From the NCBI GenBank assembly GCA_973895155.1, contig OZ316891.1:28815511-28879510 (forward strand): a stretch of DNA of 64,000 nucleotides, written 5' to 3'. Each line of letters starts with the position of its first letter. Position 1 is the stretch's first letter. The stretch comes from Marsupella aquatica. Taxonomy: Eukaryota; Plantae; Marchantiophyta. The notes below the pieces were generated by a model. The model was not told the DNA's origin. It saw only the letters and a list, made by a program, of their open reading frames with translations, and searched no databases. Below, piece by piece: positions 11,871 through 25,500 of the stretch. The position numbers and the translations under genes are program-made.

Positions 11871-14800
11871 AGCAATTGGGACACAAATGAGCAAGTGAGG
11901 AGGGAGGAGCAAGTCAAGAGGGAGAAAGTCAATGCGAGGAGTCTGGTTTTGCGGTTGAAAAAACACCTGGAGTGAATTGTCATGAGCAAGTATGACATGT
12001 CACGTTTTCAAGTGAGGTTTTGCCATTTTGGAGTAGACAAAACGCCTGGACCAAGGTGTGGGAGGCAAGTCCGACCTGTTAGATTTGTTTGCCAGGTTTT
12101 TTGTGGCATGACGCAAAGAGGGACTTGTCCTATGCTGCAATGACAAAACAGTCCTTTCAAACAATGGTCCAGGAACAATGAGTTTTTGTATCCAACGGTG
12201 ATGAAAATATGCATTGAGATTGGATGGCCTAAATTGAGTCCCGCCCATTCCTGATTTCGTAAGCAAACGATTCTCAAAACGCGTGGGATAGCATATTATA
12301 GTATTTAGATATCAAATGACAATCATGCATGCTTTTTGTCATGATTTTTATTTATATTAAAACATGAGCTCTTTGGCCCCACCATAATATGTGCATAGAA
12401 AGAGGGACGTGCATAAAAAGACAAGACTATGATATATTATGTACAATGGTTTTTTATCATTTAACTTGAATAAGGAATATATTTTGGTGACATTTTTATT
12501 GTACTCCCTAGCTATTCATGTTCAAAGAATGGGTAGTCTAGGCTAGTGTAACAAAATATATTTTCTATTCTCATTCTTGAAATATATTAATGAAGTTAAA
12601 AAATAATCATTCATTCATGTATATGCACATCTTCTTGACATGCACAGATACTTTGGTGGGGCCCTGAGTCACGGTCTAGAAACTTCACTCTAGAAGCCTA
12701 CACCCTCTCTAACTTGCCCTTGGCGCTTTATAAGTAAGATGCTCAATACTACTGCAACCTGCAAATCTAGGACAACAGCCAATACCCTTGAGTCTAAATT
12801 CAAGACTCAATGAGTAACCTTAGACTCAAAAATGAAGTAACACTTTTGGCAACAGTAGGGTGGCACTCCAGCAGTAAGAGCGTGTCCAAGCCAAGGTCCA
12901 AGCCAGGCCAGGAGATGAGTTGTCTCCCATACAACCTCCAAAAACCCCGATGACTATGATTGTTTTGGTTTTTTTGTGGAGCAATAGCTCCATCTGTACA
13001 TGCATGGGAGGTCTAGGTATAAAACCAGGTATAGCAAAATCAGGGTTAGTACTCTAACTAAGTGCAAAAGGGCACCCCATGTCAAGGTTGGGAATACTAG
13101 CTTTGATGCTTGAGCGTTGCTAAGGAGTTCATAGTTATTGGTTCCATCCTTGATCTTAATTGTGCCCTAGAGTCATGGTCCACTTCACCATAGGCCAAAG
13201 GCTCTTATCATAGCTTTCCATTTGCCACCGTTCCACTCACTCCTTCCTTTATTTCTTAGCAAAACCACACCACTAATGTAGCGATGCACATGACCCTCTT
13301 TTATGTTTACTAGCCTGAATGCTTGAGCTTTGCTCATAAATAGATGTTTATATCATCGTCTTTTTCCAGTTTCACCTATGTGACAAAGTCACAGTCTATA
13401 GTCTTCACTATAACCATGGGCCCTAGTATCCCAGCCCGTATACTAGCTTTTGATTGGGCTTTGTTAGATAGATGATCAAGAATCATTCCCAGAAAACTCC
13501 AGAAATTTGCAAATTGGGTGTAATGCTAAGGGAGGGTGCAAATGAATATTTTTTGCAGGGGTATTTTCCATTTGCCTTCCTTTTCACCTGACATACCTGT
13601 TTCTGAAAGTTGTACTGCTCTGCTCTAGCAGCCATATATTCCCAATGCATGACCTTTTTTTGTAAGAATAAGGTGGGCGTGGGTCCTGGAAAAGGGGACT
13701 GGGAAACAACTTAAGAGCAGATTATTAGGGCGTCTTAAAGTTCCAAAGTTCACAATTGTTACTTTTTGAATTGTCACAATTTTTTGTTCTTAACTGACAC
13801 CCCTCAAGAAGCTTCATAGGCTAGCCTAAGGCTGGGCCAAGAAAACAAAAATAAAATTCACTTGAGGACAAGAATTAGTTACAAGATGCTATCACCAAAC
13901 CTGTTTGTGGTGTTGCTCAAGGATTGAGACACACTATTAGCACAGAGATTAGCACAATATTGATAACCCCTCGCCCACCCCTAGGTGAGATTTACTCCAT
14001 TTCCATTCTTTTTTGTCAAACTACATAGGTTGCCGGTATTTGTTGTTTAATTATTATGTTGTTGCCTTTTTTTCACCCCTGATTGAGTAAAGTAACTTTG
14101 GTTAATCAGCTTGCAATGATCCAACCTTCAACCTCCTGCCAATTTTAATCATTGGATTTTAATCATTGGATGATCATCACTGTCCTCAAATTAACCCAAC
14201 ACCATCACCTACCCTCAACTAAAGGAGATAGGGTGGAGTGGCAATGGACCAGGAGAGGGTGGGAGGAAAGTAAAAGACCCAACTCAATGTAGAGAATTGG
14301 AGCCCAGAGAGACATGACTTTGTGGTAGTTCACTTGAGTAGAGACTAATAGATCTTGTGTTCAACTATTGTGGTTAACTCTTCCCTTTCTGTGGGGTTTC
14401 ACAAATTTCCCCTTAAAAAAATAAAATAATAAAAAATGTAGAGAATTGGAAGAAGTGCCAAGGCCCAAATTGTATGTGGCAGCCCTGAGGAAAGAATCCC
14501 TTAGCACTCGCAAAATACTCAACATAAAGTGCATTTGGATTGGCAACACAATCTGCTTCCCTTCAAGTCTACTTTTGTTTTACTATGAGATCAAAGGTTG
14601 GAGCCTTTCCAACCCTTGCCCTTGGGATTTCACAAATATAGCCGTCAGGCTTGGCACAAGACGGGATTCAGGCAGTAATTCTTGCTCACTCAAAGGCTGG
14701 CATATGCGAAGTTTAGGGTCGCATTCTTCAGGACCTGTACATGCGAGTTGGGCCTGAAAATTACTCACCCAAGATTCACTCTCTAGAAACTTCTCTTTAT

Positions 14801-15377
14801 ACAGGGATCCACGTGTACTTTCCTACAAATTATTTATTAGTAAAGATGTAATAAATCTCAGCCACCCGTAATGACCTACCCTTGGCACCCTCGATCATTG
14901 ATCCGAAGGTTTCAGGCCTCGATAGGCTTCACACTACACCACACTACTCGACTCATTCTGAGGGTTTATCAACAGAAGTCTCGACCCTTCATTGGCCTCG
15001 AGAAGCAGAGGAGGCAGAGGACGTGACCTCGACCTGTGGACGACGAACTGGGCAGACATGGCGGCATCGATATGACGAGCGGATTTGACTGTTGGAATCA
15101 CAGGTGCTGGAATTGCATTACCCCTTATTCTGTCTCGATCGAGGGAGAGACTGAGAAGACAATTCTGTTGCTCCGCTAGTGAGAGGCAGAGGTGGAGGAA
15201 TTCCGTTAATGTGTTCAGCGCTACGAGAGAGTAAGAGGTGGATTGTGGTGAGTACTATGCTCTTTCGTGTGAAGGGAGTGGAGATGCAGAGTGCGGAAAA
15301 CTGACGACAAGGAGTTGGAGGAGATTTTTGGAATGGGAGGAGGAGGACTGGGTTTAGGGTTTTGAGCATTGGCAGCA

Positions 15378-16949
15378 ATGGCGTCGCACAGGATGTCACT
15401 GACGAGGGCGGTTCGTTTCTTCTCGGTTGCTGGTAGGAGCGGCGTGTCGTCGTCATCATCAGGTTTGGCCTGCACCCCCCCGACCACGGTGCGAATCGCT
15501 CGCACTAACTTTTTCGGATGCACCCAAAGGTTGCAATGTGTTACCTTGCCTCCAAATAGGATATGGAATTCCAGCCGATTGCTAGGTGCCCAGGCAAGAA
15601 TCAAGCGCAGGAAGGACCCCGCATTTGACAACGTCGTCCAGAGAGAGAAGAAGGTGAGGATTGTGAATAAGATCAAGGACATACTTGTCAAGCAGCCCAG
15701 CAGGTCGATGACGCTATTGCAGCTGGGAAAGTACCGGAAGAATTTTGGATTGACAGGAAAGAGGCGAGTGATCGCTCTCCTAAACAGGTATCAGGCCGTG
15801 TTCGAGGTCTATGAGGAGGGCTGCAATGTATTGCATGTGCGCTTCACTGAGGAGGCTGAAGCTCAGTACGAAGAGGAGCTGAGGCTAAAAGCCAAGTTGG
15901 AGGTATTCCACGTAGAAAAGCTACGGAAATTGTTGATGATGTCCGTGGATAAGAGGCTTACAGTAGACAAAATTGCCCACATAAAAAATGATTTGGGGTT
16001 ACCTGAGGACTTCAGAACTACTCTCCTAACTAAATACCCCCAGTATTATAAGCTTGTTGAAACAGAGACTGGGCCTGCGTTAGAGCTTACGTTTTGGGAC
16101 CCGCTGTTGGCGGTTTCTGTTGCACAGAAAGCAGCAGCAGCAGAGGCTAGCAAAGTGGATGACAGAACTAGAATTATCATAGATGGAGAAGAAATTTTAC
16201 CCACACAAGTTAGCAATCGAAGGCTGAATCTGCCGAAAGGCTTGAACCTTTCAAAGAAGGACAGAGTAGTTGCGTTGAAGTTCCAGCAGATTCCCTACGT
16301 GTCACCGTATTCTGATACAACAGGTTTGGATCCCGCTTCCGTGCAAGCAGAGAAGAGAGCATGTGCCGCTGTGCATGAGCTCTTGAGCATGACTTTGGAG
16401 AAGAAGACCCTGGTGGACCATCTCACCCACTTCAAAAAGGACTTCAAGTTTTCACAGAGAATCAGGGCTATGCTCATCCGCCATCCTGAAATGTTTTACG
16501 TCTCATTCAAGGGTCACAGGGATTCTGTCTTCCTTCGTGAAGCTTACCAAGGCTCAGAACTCGTAGAGAAAGATCCTCTGGTTTTAGCGAGGGAGCACCT
16601 TCGCGAGCTTGTGCATGCTCGCAACCAAGCCATGAAATCAGAAAATGCAGGCGAGGGAGGCGATGAGGATGAGGACGATGATGATGATGAAGACGGTGAT
16701 GAAGATAGCGAGTTTAGTGACCAATTTGATGAGGATGAGGAAGGTGAGAGTGATGATGAATGGTCGGATGAGGAAGAAGGAGAACGTGATGAAGTTTCAA
16801 GGAAGGAGGCAGAGATCCTTGTCAGGTCTTATGCTCCATCTCCACGAAAAGCAGTGAAGACCTATAAAGACTTACGCCCTAGACCGGCGGATAGCAGCGT
16901 TCAAAGACCTGAAGTTGCAACAATTGATAGACCAAGGGAGAGATGGTAG
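15378..16949 (+). CDS. WTF1: PORR-domain chloroplast group II intron splicing factor, WHAT'S THIS FACTOR 1-like; intronless
   Basis: Ser/Arg-rich transit-peptide-like N-terminus, then RRKDPAFDNVVQREKK, KLRKLLMMSVDKR..KIAHIKNDLGLP, GPALELTFWDP, PYVSPYSD, AEKRAC..VHELLSMTLEKKTLVDHLTHF, RHPEMFYVSFKG.RDSVFLREAY, an acidic tail and a RERW end. First ATG at 15378. Confidence 0.92.
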   Translation: MASHRMSLTRAVRFFSVAGRSGVSSSSSGLACTPPTTVRIARTNFFGCTQRLQCVTLPPNRIWNSSRLLGAQARIKRRKDPAFDNVVQREKKVRIVNKIKDILVKQPSRSMTLLQLGKYRKNFGLTGKRRVIALLNRYQAVFEVYEEGCNVLHVRFTEEAEAQYEEELRLKAKLEVFHVEKLRKLLMMSVDKRLTVDKIAHIKNDLGLPEDFRTTLLTKYPQYYKLVETETGPALELTFWDPLLAVSVAQKAAAAEASKVDDRTRIIIDGEEILPTQVSNRRLNLPKGLNLSKKDRVVALKFQQIPYVSPYSDTTGLDPASVQAEKRACAAVHELLSMTLEKKTLVDHLTHFKKDFKFSQRIRAMLIRHPEMFYVSFKGHRDSVFLREAYQGSELVEKDPLVLAREHLRELVHARNQAMKSENAGEGGDEDEDDDDDEDGDEDSEFSDQFDEDEEGESDDEWSDEEEGERDEVSRKEAEILVRSYAPSPRKAVKTYKDLRPRPADSSVQRPEVATIDRPRERW

Positions 16950-17951
16950 ATGTATTCTTTCCCCATAGAAGTAGTCTGCAGTTTTACTTCTGTGCTCCTT
17001 TTCAGCTTTTACAGGTTTTTCGTTAATCATAGTGTAAGCCAGATCTGAGCCAGATGTGAAATAAAGTGGTTCACTCCGAACTGGTCAATGGGACAGGGCT
17101 TTCACCTTCTCCCCTAGACAAAATGCAAAACAGTCAATTCAATCAAGAAACTCTCGACTTATCAGTTTAATTCCAAACGAAGTACGAAGGTGCTGCATAG
17201 GTAATGTAAATTCCTCCAATGATTATATATTTCGTAGACAATGCTGGCTCTGGATGCGTTCTAAGGCATGCAATTTGATGAAAGGTTGAGATGGCCATTC
17301 GGTATTTGCATTGCTGAATGTTGCTGCGAACATCCATGTTGCGTTAGACGTTCCTACATTGTGCAAGAGTGACCTTTCTCCTGCTGTCCGTGACATACCA
17401 GAGTCCAAAATAGTAAGCAGTGCCTAAAAAACATTTATGTCTGTAATCAACAGTGCATTTGGATGATAGTGGACGGCCGAATACTACATCTCCATCTCTC
17501 TCCTATAATACAAATGTCTTCTACATAATGAACCCCAACATCTTAATCGTGGAAGCCTGAAGGAAAGTGATCTAGCAAAATTGTAAGTTGTCTGTCTGAT
17601 CTTATGACTGGACACATCCTCGCTGGGTATCAAACAGCAACCATCAATTCCTCTCTTTACCATGGTGTCCAAAATAACATTCAAAGCTTGGCATATGTTC
17701 ACAATCTGCAAATGTAAATCACGTTACAGAACCTTCTTCTTGTAATCCACTGTTGCAGATTGTCCTCCATAAGAAAACGTTTGACAAGAGACATGTCTTT
17801 CAGGCCACTATTGAGTTCTTGATAGATTTCTCACTCTTATTAGTTTTTACTAGCCCAATGTCCGTGTGTTGCACAATTGTCTTTCAAACCATGGAGTCCT
17901 TGCTATCACAATTGTCTTTCAACCCATGGAGTCTTTGCTGTCATGTTGTCC

Positions 17952-18237
17952 GTTACTATGTCCATGTGTTGCAAGGAAATGTTGTGGAGTCAGGGTAGTT
18001 ATTGAGACATCTTATGTGTCATCAATCTAATGGCACTCTTTGAAACAAGTAACTTACTATGTCCATGTGGAGGCAAGGAAGTTATTGAGACATCTTATGT
18101 GTCATCAATCTAATGGCACTCTTTGAAACAAGTAAATTACTATGTCCATATGTTGCAAGGAAATGTTGTGGAGGCAAGGAAGTTATTGAGACATCTTATG
18201 TGTCATGGATCTAATGGCAATACTTGAAACAAGTAAA
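17952..18237. repeat. Three ~80-100 bp tandem units
   Basis: TTATTGAGACATCTTATGTGTCAT..ATCTAATGGCA...TTGAAACAAGTAA recurs at ~17999, ~18082 and ~18183. Confidence 0.85.
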
Positions 18238-18875
18238 GCATTGAGGCACAGAATTGTTGTTGAGACAAAGAAGTCATTGAGAAAAGGAAGTGTTGTTGAC
18301 AGTGTTACTGATGTCAGGGTTGATGCAAAACCTAGTCAATAGCATCTACATCAGGTCAGGCCACAGCAACAGTAAAAGACTGTTTATTAAGAGGGCAAGG
18401 GAGGAAGGGAAGGATGTGAGAGTGAGAGTTGCAATGAGACTGTCCATCACGAGGGTGAGTGAAGGAGGGGTGAGACTGGCAAGGGACAAAACCAATTTCT
18501 TCCCTTTACCCCCTTTCCCTTCCTCTGCCTGCCCCGCCTTGCCCTGACTGGGGCAATAGTCTGCAGGCAAGGCACAGAGTAGGAGGGCAGGCATGAGGCA
18601 AAGAGTAGGGGGGTGGGCAGGAGGCACATGGCCAGGCCATAGATGGGTCTGTGGACGATCCAACAGTGATGAGAAACCATCCGACGTCCAAGATTTCTTC
18701 CCACCATAAACTCTGTTTGTAAACAGTCCATGGAGAAGTTTAAGAAGGATTGCATATCTAACTAATAAAGCATATATCAAAGTGCCGAAAAGCACAAACG
18801 CCCAAACCGGGAGACAGGGTCCCAAAGGCAAAGCAACCCAATAAAGTGCAATTGAAAGCTACTCCTTGGGTCTAC

Positions 18876-18971
18876 TGTTTAGAGTGAAGTCTCAAGACCA
18901 TGATTCTTGTTTAGAGTGAAGCCTCAAGACCATGATTCTTGTTTAGAGTGAAACCTCAAGACCATGATTCT
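18876..18971. repeat. 32-bp tandem repeat x3
   Basis: TGTTTAGAGTGAA..CTCAAGACCATGATTCT three times head to tail. Confidence 0.95.
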
Positions 18972-19615
18972 AATTGAGGGCATCAGTGAAAGTGACTGTG
19001 CAGACCAAAAATAGGGTTGGGTGTAAAGATGAACACAAAATAACATGAAATGCTTTTCTATGCGAGGTTTTTTTTCTCCTGATCTCCGTTTGCATTTATG
19101 GAACGGGTAATCATTCTAGTTCATATTGTTAATACTCTTGAGTTCCTGAAGAGATTTAGGGTATAGGATCCTTGCAGTCATTTTTGTTAGTATGATTTTT
19201 ATTAATGGGGTTGCATTATTTAGCCCCTTATGTAAGTCCATTTCAAAATTCTTGGTCTATGCTTACACCCCCCAACACAAATGACAATGTTTGCAATGAC
19301 AAACAAACACAATTGTTTGTGCTTGTTGTGACTCTAACAAAAGATTTTAGACCTGGGAATGATAAAAACCTCAGAAAACTGAAATATAACATGTCCAGTA
19401 GCAAAGAGTGGGAGAAAATAACAGCTTGTGACCATTTTATTTACATTTGAATTCTAGTAATCATTTCTTTATCTTTTAATTCATTTACTTGAAAAACAAT
19501 AAGAAATGCCTGTAGGCTTCCCGACAGCCTTTAGATGTGATTTATTAATGCATTTGATCAATCATTGGCTAACAAAGAGAATGGTCAACTATGGGTGCAC
19601 AATGGCCACAATAAA

Positions 19616-20050
19616 TGTTGCATGTCATCAAAATTCTCAGATCAATGAACAAGATCAAATGTACTGTTCAACATAGATGACATTCACAACGGTAAGCCCA
19701 TGATACATCCAATGCACAAATGGTCGACACAAGAGATATGTGGTTCACTTCCTTGAGGCTACGTCCACGGTAACACACGAGAGAGCTTTATTGAACTCTA
19801 AGCCTGTCGGCCACACCGAGTCTCCACAATGTAAGCTCTCCGTATCATTCAAGTGGCTCCATAACAATGAGCCTTAGTTTCACTTATCCAAGCAAGTACC
19901 GCTTAGGATATAGTGTGAACTTAGTTAACCTAACCAAGTCTCTGACTATGGTTAACCTAACTATGGTTACATGTCTTTTAGGGGCTCATCCATCTGGATT
20001 CAACTTACCACACAAAGACCAAGTTTTGAGATCTCAGTTTCTCACCACCA
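19616..20050. mobile_element. Probable solo LTR (Copia-like)
   Basis: Begins TGTTG, ends CACCA, flanked by ATAAA/TTAAA (5-bp TSD with one mismatch). Contains ATGTGGTTC...GCTACGTCCACGG, resembling a motif common in plant Copia LTRs. Confidence 0.45.
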
Positions 20051-20054
20051 TTAA

Positions 20055-20520
20055 AGTTTCAATAAATACACCTGACTTAAAAAATATTAAAAAAATATGG
20101 AGTATTATTGACACCTCACGTACAACACGAAGTTCAACCCCTATCAACTTCATTTCAGTCAATAAATCTGTTTAAAAAGGATAAAAAATTGGAGAATAAA
20201 CCACACCTTCTATATAAACGATAAGTTCAACCAATGTTAACTTCATTTCACTCAATTCAAAAAGAAAAATTTGTATCTAGCGTAAACCACACTTCACATA
20301 CAACAGAAAAGTTTGACCACTGTTAATTATATTCCAACCAATAAATCTGGTTAACAAAGGTCAAATAACTATAAATCTGTATAAAAAAGAAAGCATATAG
20401 AGTACAAACCACACCACACATACAACAGATAAGTTAGACCAGAGTTCAATTTATTTTAGTCAAGAAATCTATTAAAAAAGGTAAAAAAAATAACTATTGA
20501 GCATAAACCATACCTCGGAT
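20055..20520. repeat. Degenerate ~90-120 bp AT-rich tandem array, with a further copy near 21365-21440
   Basis: Recurrent AAACCACAC..CACATACAAC.GATAAGTT.ACC..TGTTAA.TT.ATTTCAGTCAATAAATCT. Confidence 0.7.
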
Positions 20521-22506
20521 GAAAACTAAAGCTGGTATGGACCTTTACTTTGTCTATGAAGCCCAAATGGGCTGGCAAAGCTTAAATGGACTTGCTCAGA
20601 ACATTTAAAACTCACTCGAATTAAAGTATATACAATTTTGATTGAATTGTGACCTCTAAAAGCTCTCTTTAGTGTTGGTAGCCAGTTTCAATTACATTAA
20701 AGGAACTATTATACTTGCTAACTTGGCAACTTAACCACCTTGAACCTATGCCATTACTCAGGATCAACATGATGTCTTGATTATTTCCTCCCCAAGGTAG
20801 TCAAAGTAGCTAACTGTGATCCTTGACTGGTTCCTTTTTTGCTTTGGTGTAAAAACAACAATTGCTTTACTCAGTCCATGGGGATGGTGCAAAGACAATG
20901 TCTCAGTCTATCTAGGTTTCAGTTGACCGAGTTGACTTTATTTCAGTCAATAAATCTACAACTATAATAAGAGATCTTGCGGTTTTTTTTCCTTCGTCCC
21001 AATACACAACAGCTCCTGGGCGGGAAAGATCCACAGACGGTTCACTTGACTGTTTTCCTTGACCATTGATGGAGGAAATTGACACCCTTGGCGCATATGT
21101 GCCTCCCCACGCTGCCCCAGAAATGCCCCAGCCCGACTCCCTATGGGCCAACCCTCCTTGCCCTGCGCAATGCACGGGCATAGGGCTTGTTTATGTATAA
21201 CTCTAATGTCTCAGTCTATCTGGGCTGGGCTTTTGTTTCAGTTGACCAGAGTTAACTTGGGGCCCTCTCCCCTGTTTTCCTTCATGTTTTTGGGTTGCTT
21301 TGCCTTTGGGATCATGTTTCCCTCCTTTTTTTGCCCTTGGGCAGTGTAATATATATATATATAATTTTATTTCAGTCAATAAAAATCTTTTGGAAAAAAA
21401 GGTAAAAAAACTATAGAGTATAAAACACATCTCACATACAAAACACTCTATGCACAGCTGACAGTACTAGTGCTGTACTGTAGTTGTTCTCAGAAAGCAC
21501 TGTAGACCGAAATCCTATCGAGGAAATCAGTCTATGGGGAACAATCAGAATGTGTTGATCGAATGCCCTGATCGATCATGTAGTTTTCTCTGTACAGTTC
21601 TGGAGAATCTATTGACTGTTGTGCAAGCGCGGTACGAAGAAATGAACAGAAGGATGGTGTGCGTCGTTCGAATTCGAACTATTGCACAGTCAATTCACAG
21701 TGCTCTCTGAGTAGAGGAGCTCGATCGAGCCAAATAGCAATGGCCATTCTCACATGAGGAGACCTGCTTGCTAGCGAGCTGCTGTACTGGACTGTACTCC
21801 CTTGCCCCGAGAAGCATCGTAAGTGCGTTTTTGAGCATCTGAAATTTTACCGCTGGATTTTCAGGACGGTTCATTTGTGTGATTTCAATTTCTTTGGCAT
21901 CGGACATGTCCTCCATTGTCTCTTATCTTCTCGCCTTCCGCAGTGCGCTTCTTGTCTTCTCCATTGAGTATAAGATCGGTCATTGGCAACACTGATTTAT
22001 GAGCTATGTGATCGTCTTGGCCGGCACGAGACGCAAATGGACATCTCACTAGGAAACTGTTGCTCCATTTCGTGCGTGTTCTTCTTTGCTTTCCTCACGT
22101 CACCCTGTCTCCTGCATTCCTACAGACTGATCATCGCTTCTTTGCTCATTGGACCGTGAAAGAAGTAATTTACGAGCTCTGACAGGGAGGACAATCCAGG
22201 TAGGTGTTTAGGGTTAGGGTAGGCTCACGGAAAGACTCTACCAGAATAGCAGGGCTTAGTAAAATTAAGGTTAAATTGTTGCATAAAGAAGCCAACGCAT
22301 CGTGAATCCAAGGCCATTTAGACATGTATTTAATTGCAATTACAGATATCCTGAAGATGAGAATGATATTAATTTCTTCTCCACATGTTTTCAGAATTGA
22401 TTTGTTCCCTAATTGCTCAAGGAGGCAAAGATGCTGTAGCCTTCAAATTTTCGGGCGTGAATTTGAGGGAGTACTTTGGGGAAGGGCTGGTGGTGGTGGT
22501 GGAAGA

Positions 22507-25500
22507 ATGGAGCCTGCTACTGCGGTGAGCACCGAGACTCCTCTGCTGATAGGTCGAGCCGCCGTGGGAGACGTAGAGGAGGTAGCGACTATTTTGGAGC
22601 CGTTGCTGGCCATCAGAAGGGCGAGCAAAGAGGACCTCAGAATCAGTGTGGGCGGCAATGGGGAGTACGAAGCCAAGATTGTGCCTGTCCGTGAGCGTTT
22701 GGCATCTCTCGATGTCTTCAGGGGGCTCACTATCGCGGTACGTATGAATCCTCAACTTTCAAACAATGTGCACCAGAGGTCATTATGAAATCGAAAATGA
22801 ATTTGGAACTTAGAATCTCATATTGTGATTAATCCGAAGGAATGACCGTTATTCTCCATCAGCCTAAAATTACAGTGTTCTTACTTTGCCTACCTGTCTA
22901 TTGATAACCCAACAGACACTGGGAGTGGTCATTTTGCATTGATTCATTGAAGACCGTTCGTACATGCAGATCATGATTCTAGTCGACAATGGAGGGGGAA
23001 AGTGGCCAGCTATAAACCATTCTCCCTGGAATGGAGTGACACTTGCGGATTTTGTGATGCCAGCCTTCCTCTTCATTGTGGGACTGTCCATCACCCTCGC
23101 TTACAAGGTACACTTCGTCTCTATTGGTCTGAAATGCTAAGGCAGTCAGTTGTAATTCTTCTGGCTTAAAAGAAATCTGTTACCTTCTTTTGTACTTCCG
23201 AGGTTCCTTAGTGTTTTGTAGACAGGATGTTATCTCAATTGATGTCATCGATGCTTTGTTTCCTTGTGTTAGCTTTTCTGTGATGTCGTCACTCCTGTAG
23301 GATTAAATTTGACTCATAGATATTTATTCATTGTTAGTTTTCTGCTTAAATTAAATTCTTATAGACCAGTTCACAGGAATGAGATGCACGTAATTTAATG
23401 CTTTTGTTAGCTGGAGCACCGATTTTATCAATGAATGCATTGACTCATATGGAACGGCTCTTTACTAGGCCAAACCAGGAAATGTCTCCAACTGATTTGT
23501 GCCCTGATTGATCTCTTGCAGAGGGTTCCGAGTAAGGGAGCTGCAACTGTAAAGGCACTGTCACGGACATTGAACCTTTTGTTACTGGGAGTTCTGCTTC
23601 AAGGTAGGACGTCGGTTTCTCCTAAGTAATACCTGCAAAAGCTCAAACGGAATTTTGGCGCATAGTGTAGGTCATCAATTGTTCGACCAAAGTATTCATG
23701 GTGGATTGGGCTCTACAGGTGGTTACTATCATGGACTTAACGATCTAAGCTATGGGGTAGATGTTCAGGTCATCCGGTGGTGTGGCATTCTCCAGGTCCG
23801 TTTGTTGGATTGTTTAAATCTTATTGTCATGTAATGACTGCAGATAATAGTTTTCCGATTTGCTTCCTTTTTGTGTGGCCGCGCGGGTGAACTTAAATAA
23901 TATATTATATTCCATAAGTTACGTATCATGAATGATTGGATAGCTTCTTTCGATTGCTGATTACCGTGTCGTTATAGTGGGGTTGGAGTATACTGGTAAC
24001 CATGCTTGAAAGTTGATCAACCGTTTTGTTGCTTCTTCGTGTGACAGAGAATTGCTCTTGCATACCTGGTGGTAACGCTATGTGAGATATGGAATCCACG
24101 AGTTGCTTCTTCATCACCTCCTGATGGATGCCATGCAATCCTGAAGATGTATTTCTGGCACTGGTAAGGCTGCCCATTATGTTGTGAAGAACCAAGCACG
24201 TTTGGAGCAAGGCCTTGTTCAGTCTTCAGTGGTTACCTTTGGTCTTTCCCTTCTCAGAAACATGATACACACAACCACCCTCATTCAGAATAACAAAGTT
24301 GCAGTTTTGCAGGGTTGTCGCTGGACTTCTCTCAACTTTGTACCTTGTCCTCCTCTACGGCTTGTATGTTCCAGACTGGGAGTTTGTAACATCTACAGAA
24401 CCAAGCGCTGTTCTCCAGGTATGTCCAAATGTTTCTGAGACGTGTCTAATAGTGTCAAACAGGGGTATTAGTTACTGGACTCGTGGCTCACAGTGACAGT
24501 GTTTCTTGGCAAGTTAGTATCGAGTAATATGGAAGAGAGTAAGGGAGCATAATACTGCCCATTCGTCAAATGTGGGGTCCCTAGTTTCTTGGACTGCAAC
24601 TCAACTTGGTTATCTTAAAACCGCTTCACTTTCGGTCCCATATGTGATTGAAGGGGTGTGGACCACAAATCACTCATTCATTCATTCCCTCGACCCAAGT
24701 AAATGCCGGAGCACTCTCTGATCTTCTTTCCTGTTCTCTAGTTCAAATATACAGCAAGAGTATGGAGCTGCCCTCACTTGGAAGGTCAATTCAGGATATG
24801 ATGATTGTTTGTGAGGTCATGGTATACACTGTGCACAGGTCATTCTTTAAGTACACTACATTGAAAGATTGGGAAAGGCTATAGATTAATCAACTTGAAG
24901 TGCACTGTTTTGACATCAGTCTTCAATTGTTCTGCCTTGGCATGAACACAGGTCAAGTGTGGAGTTAGGGGTGACCTGAGTCCTCCGTGCAATGCAGTTG
25001 GTTATCTGGATCGTTTGCTTCTGGGACTTAATCATCTGTACAAGAACCCAATGTACAAACGCACCAAGGTAAGTCCTTTAAAGGCATACAACATTGATCA
25101 TTGACATCTGAAACAAGGTTGCTCGCAGGGTTTTGTATAATTTCAGCTGTCACAAGGAGATCTGAATGTTGAAAGAGGTAGTGAGTCAGATCTAAGGTTG
25201 TCCACCGGGCCCTTGTTTTGTTTAATATGCTTTGCCTCCAACAGGTCATTGAATTCTGCGGTTATATGCATTTCAGGATTGTAGTATGAACTCACCGGAC
25301 TATGGTCCGATGCCCACGGATGCCCCTAACTGGTGCCTGGCCCCATTTGATCCGGAGGGCCTTCTCAGGTATGCTGATGTGTTCCATAGCCTTTAAGGAA
25401 ATGTGCACTGCAATATTCTGTTGGAATACCTGGACCCATGTGTGGTTATGTGTGTATCAATTGGTTACTGTAAGGATTACAGAGAATTTCTTGGTTATTC

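Larger units (their letters stand above)
6879..12309 (-). mobile_element. Helitron, degenerate and internally deleted, both termini intact
   Basis: On the minus strand it starts A|TCTAAATACTATAAT (12309) and ends GTGCAACGCAC hairpin..GGGGCTAG|T (6879), i.e. inserted at an AT dinucleotide with no TSD. It contains RepHel remnants. Confidence 0.92.
6695..12745. mobile_element. Non-autonomous TIR repeat (MITE-like) split by the Helitron; halves ~6695-6878 and ~12310-12745
   Basis: Inverted matches across the Helitron: TAGGCTTCTAGAGTAAAGTTTCTAGACC (~6802-6829) vs GGTCTAGAAACTTCACTCTAGAAGCCTA (~12673-12700), and CATTCTTTGAA..GAGTACAATAAAA (~6697-6732) vs its complement at ~12494-12531. A paralogue lies at ~41098-41495. 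Confidence 0.65.

Noticed and set aside
11265-11998. Several G/E/R-rich and L/P/S-rich ORFs
   Set aside because: By-products of GA-rich repeats within the Helitron.
18346-18831. 161-aa minus-strand ORF
   Set aside because: TTG start, low complexity, embedded among tandem repeats, no recognisable domain.
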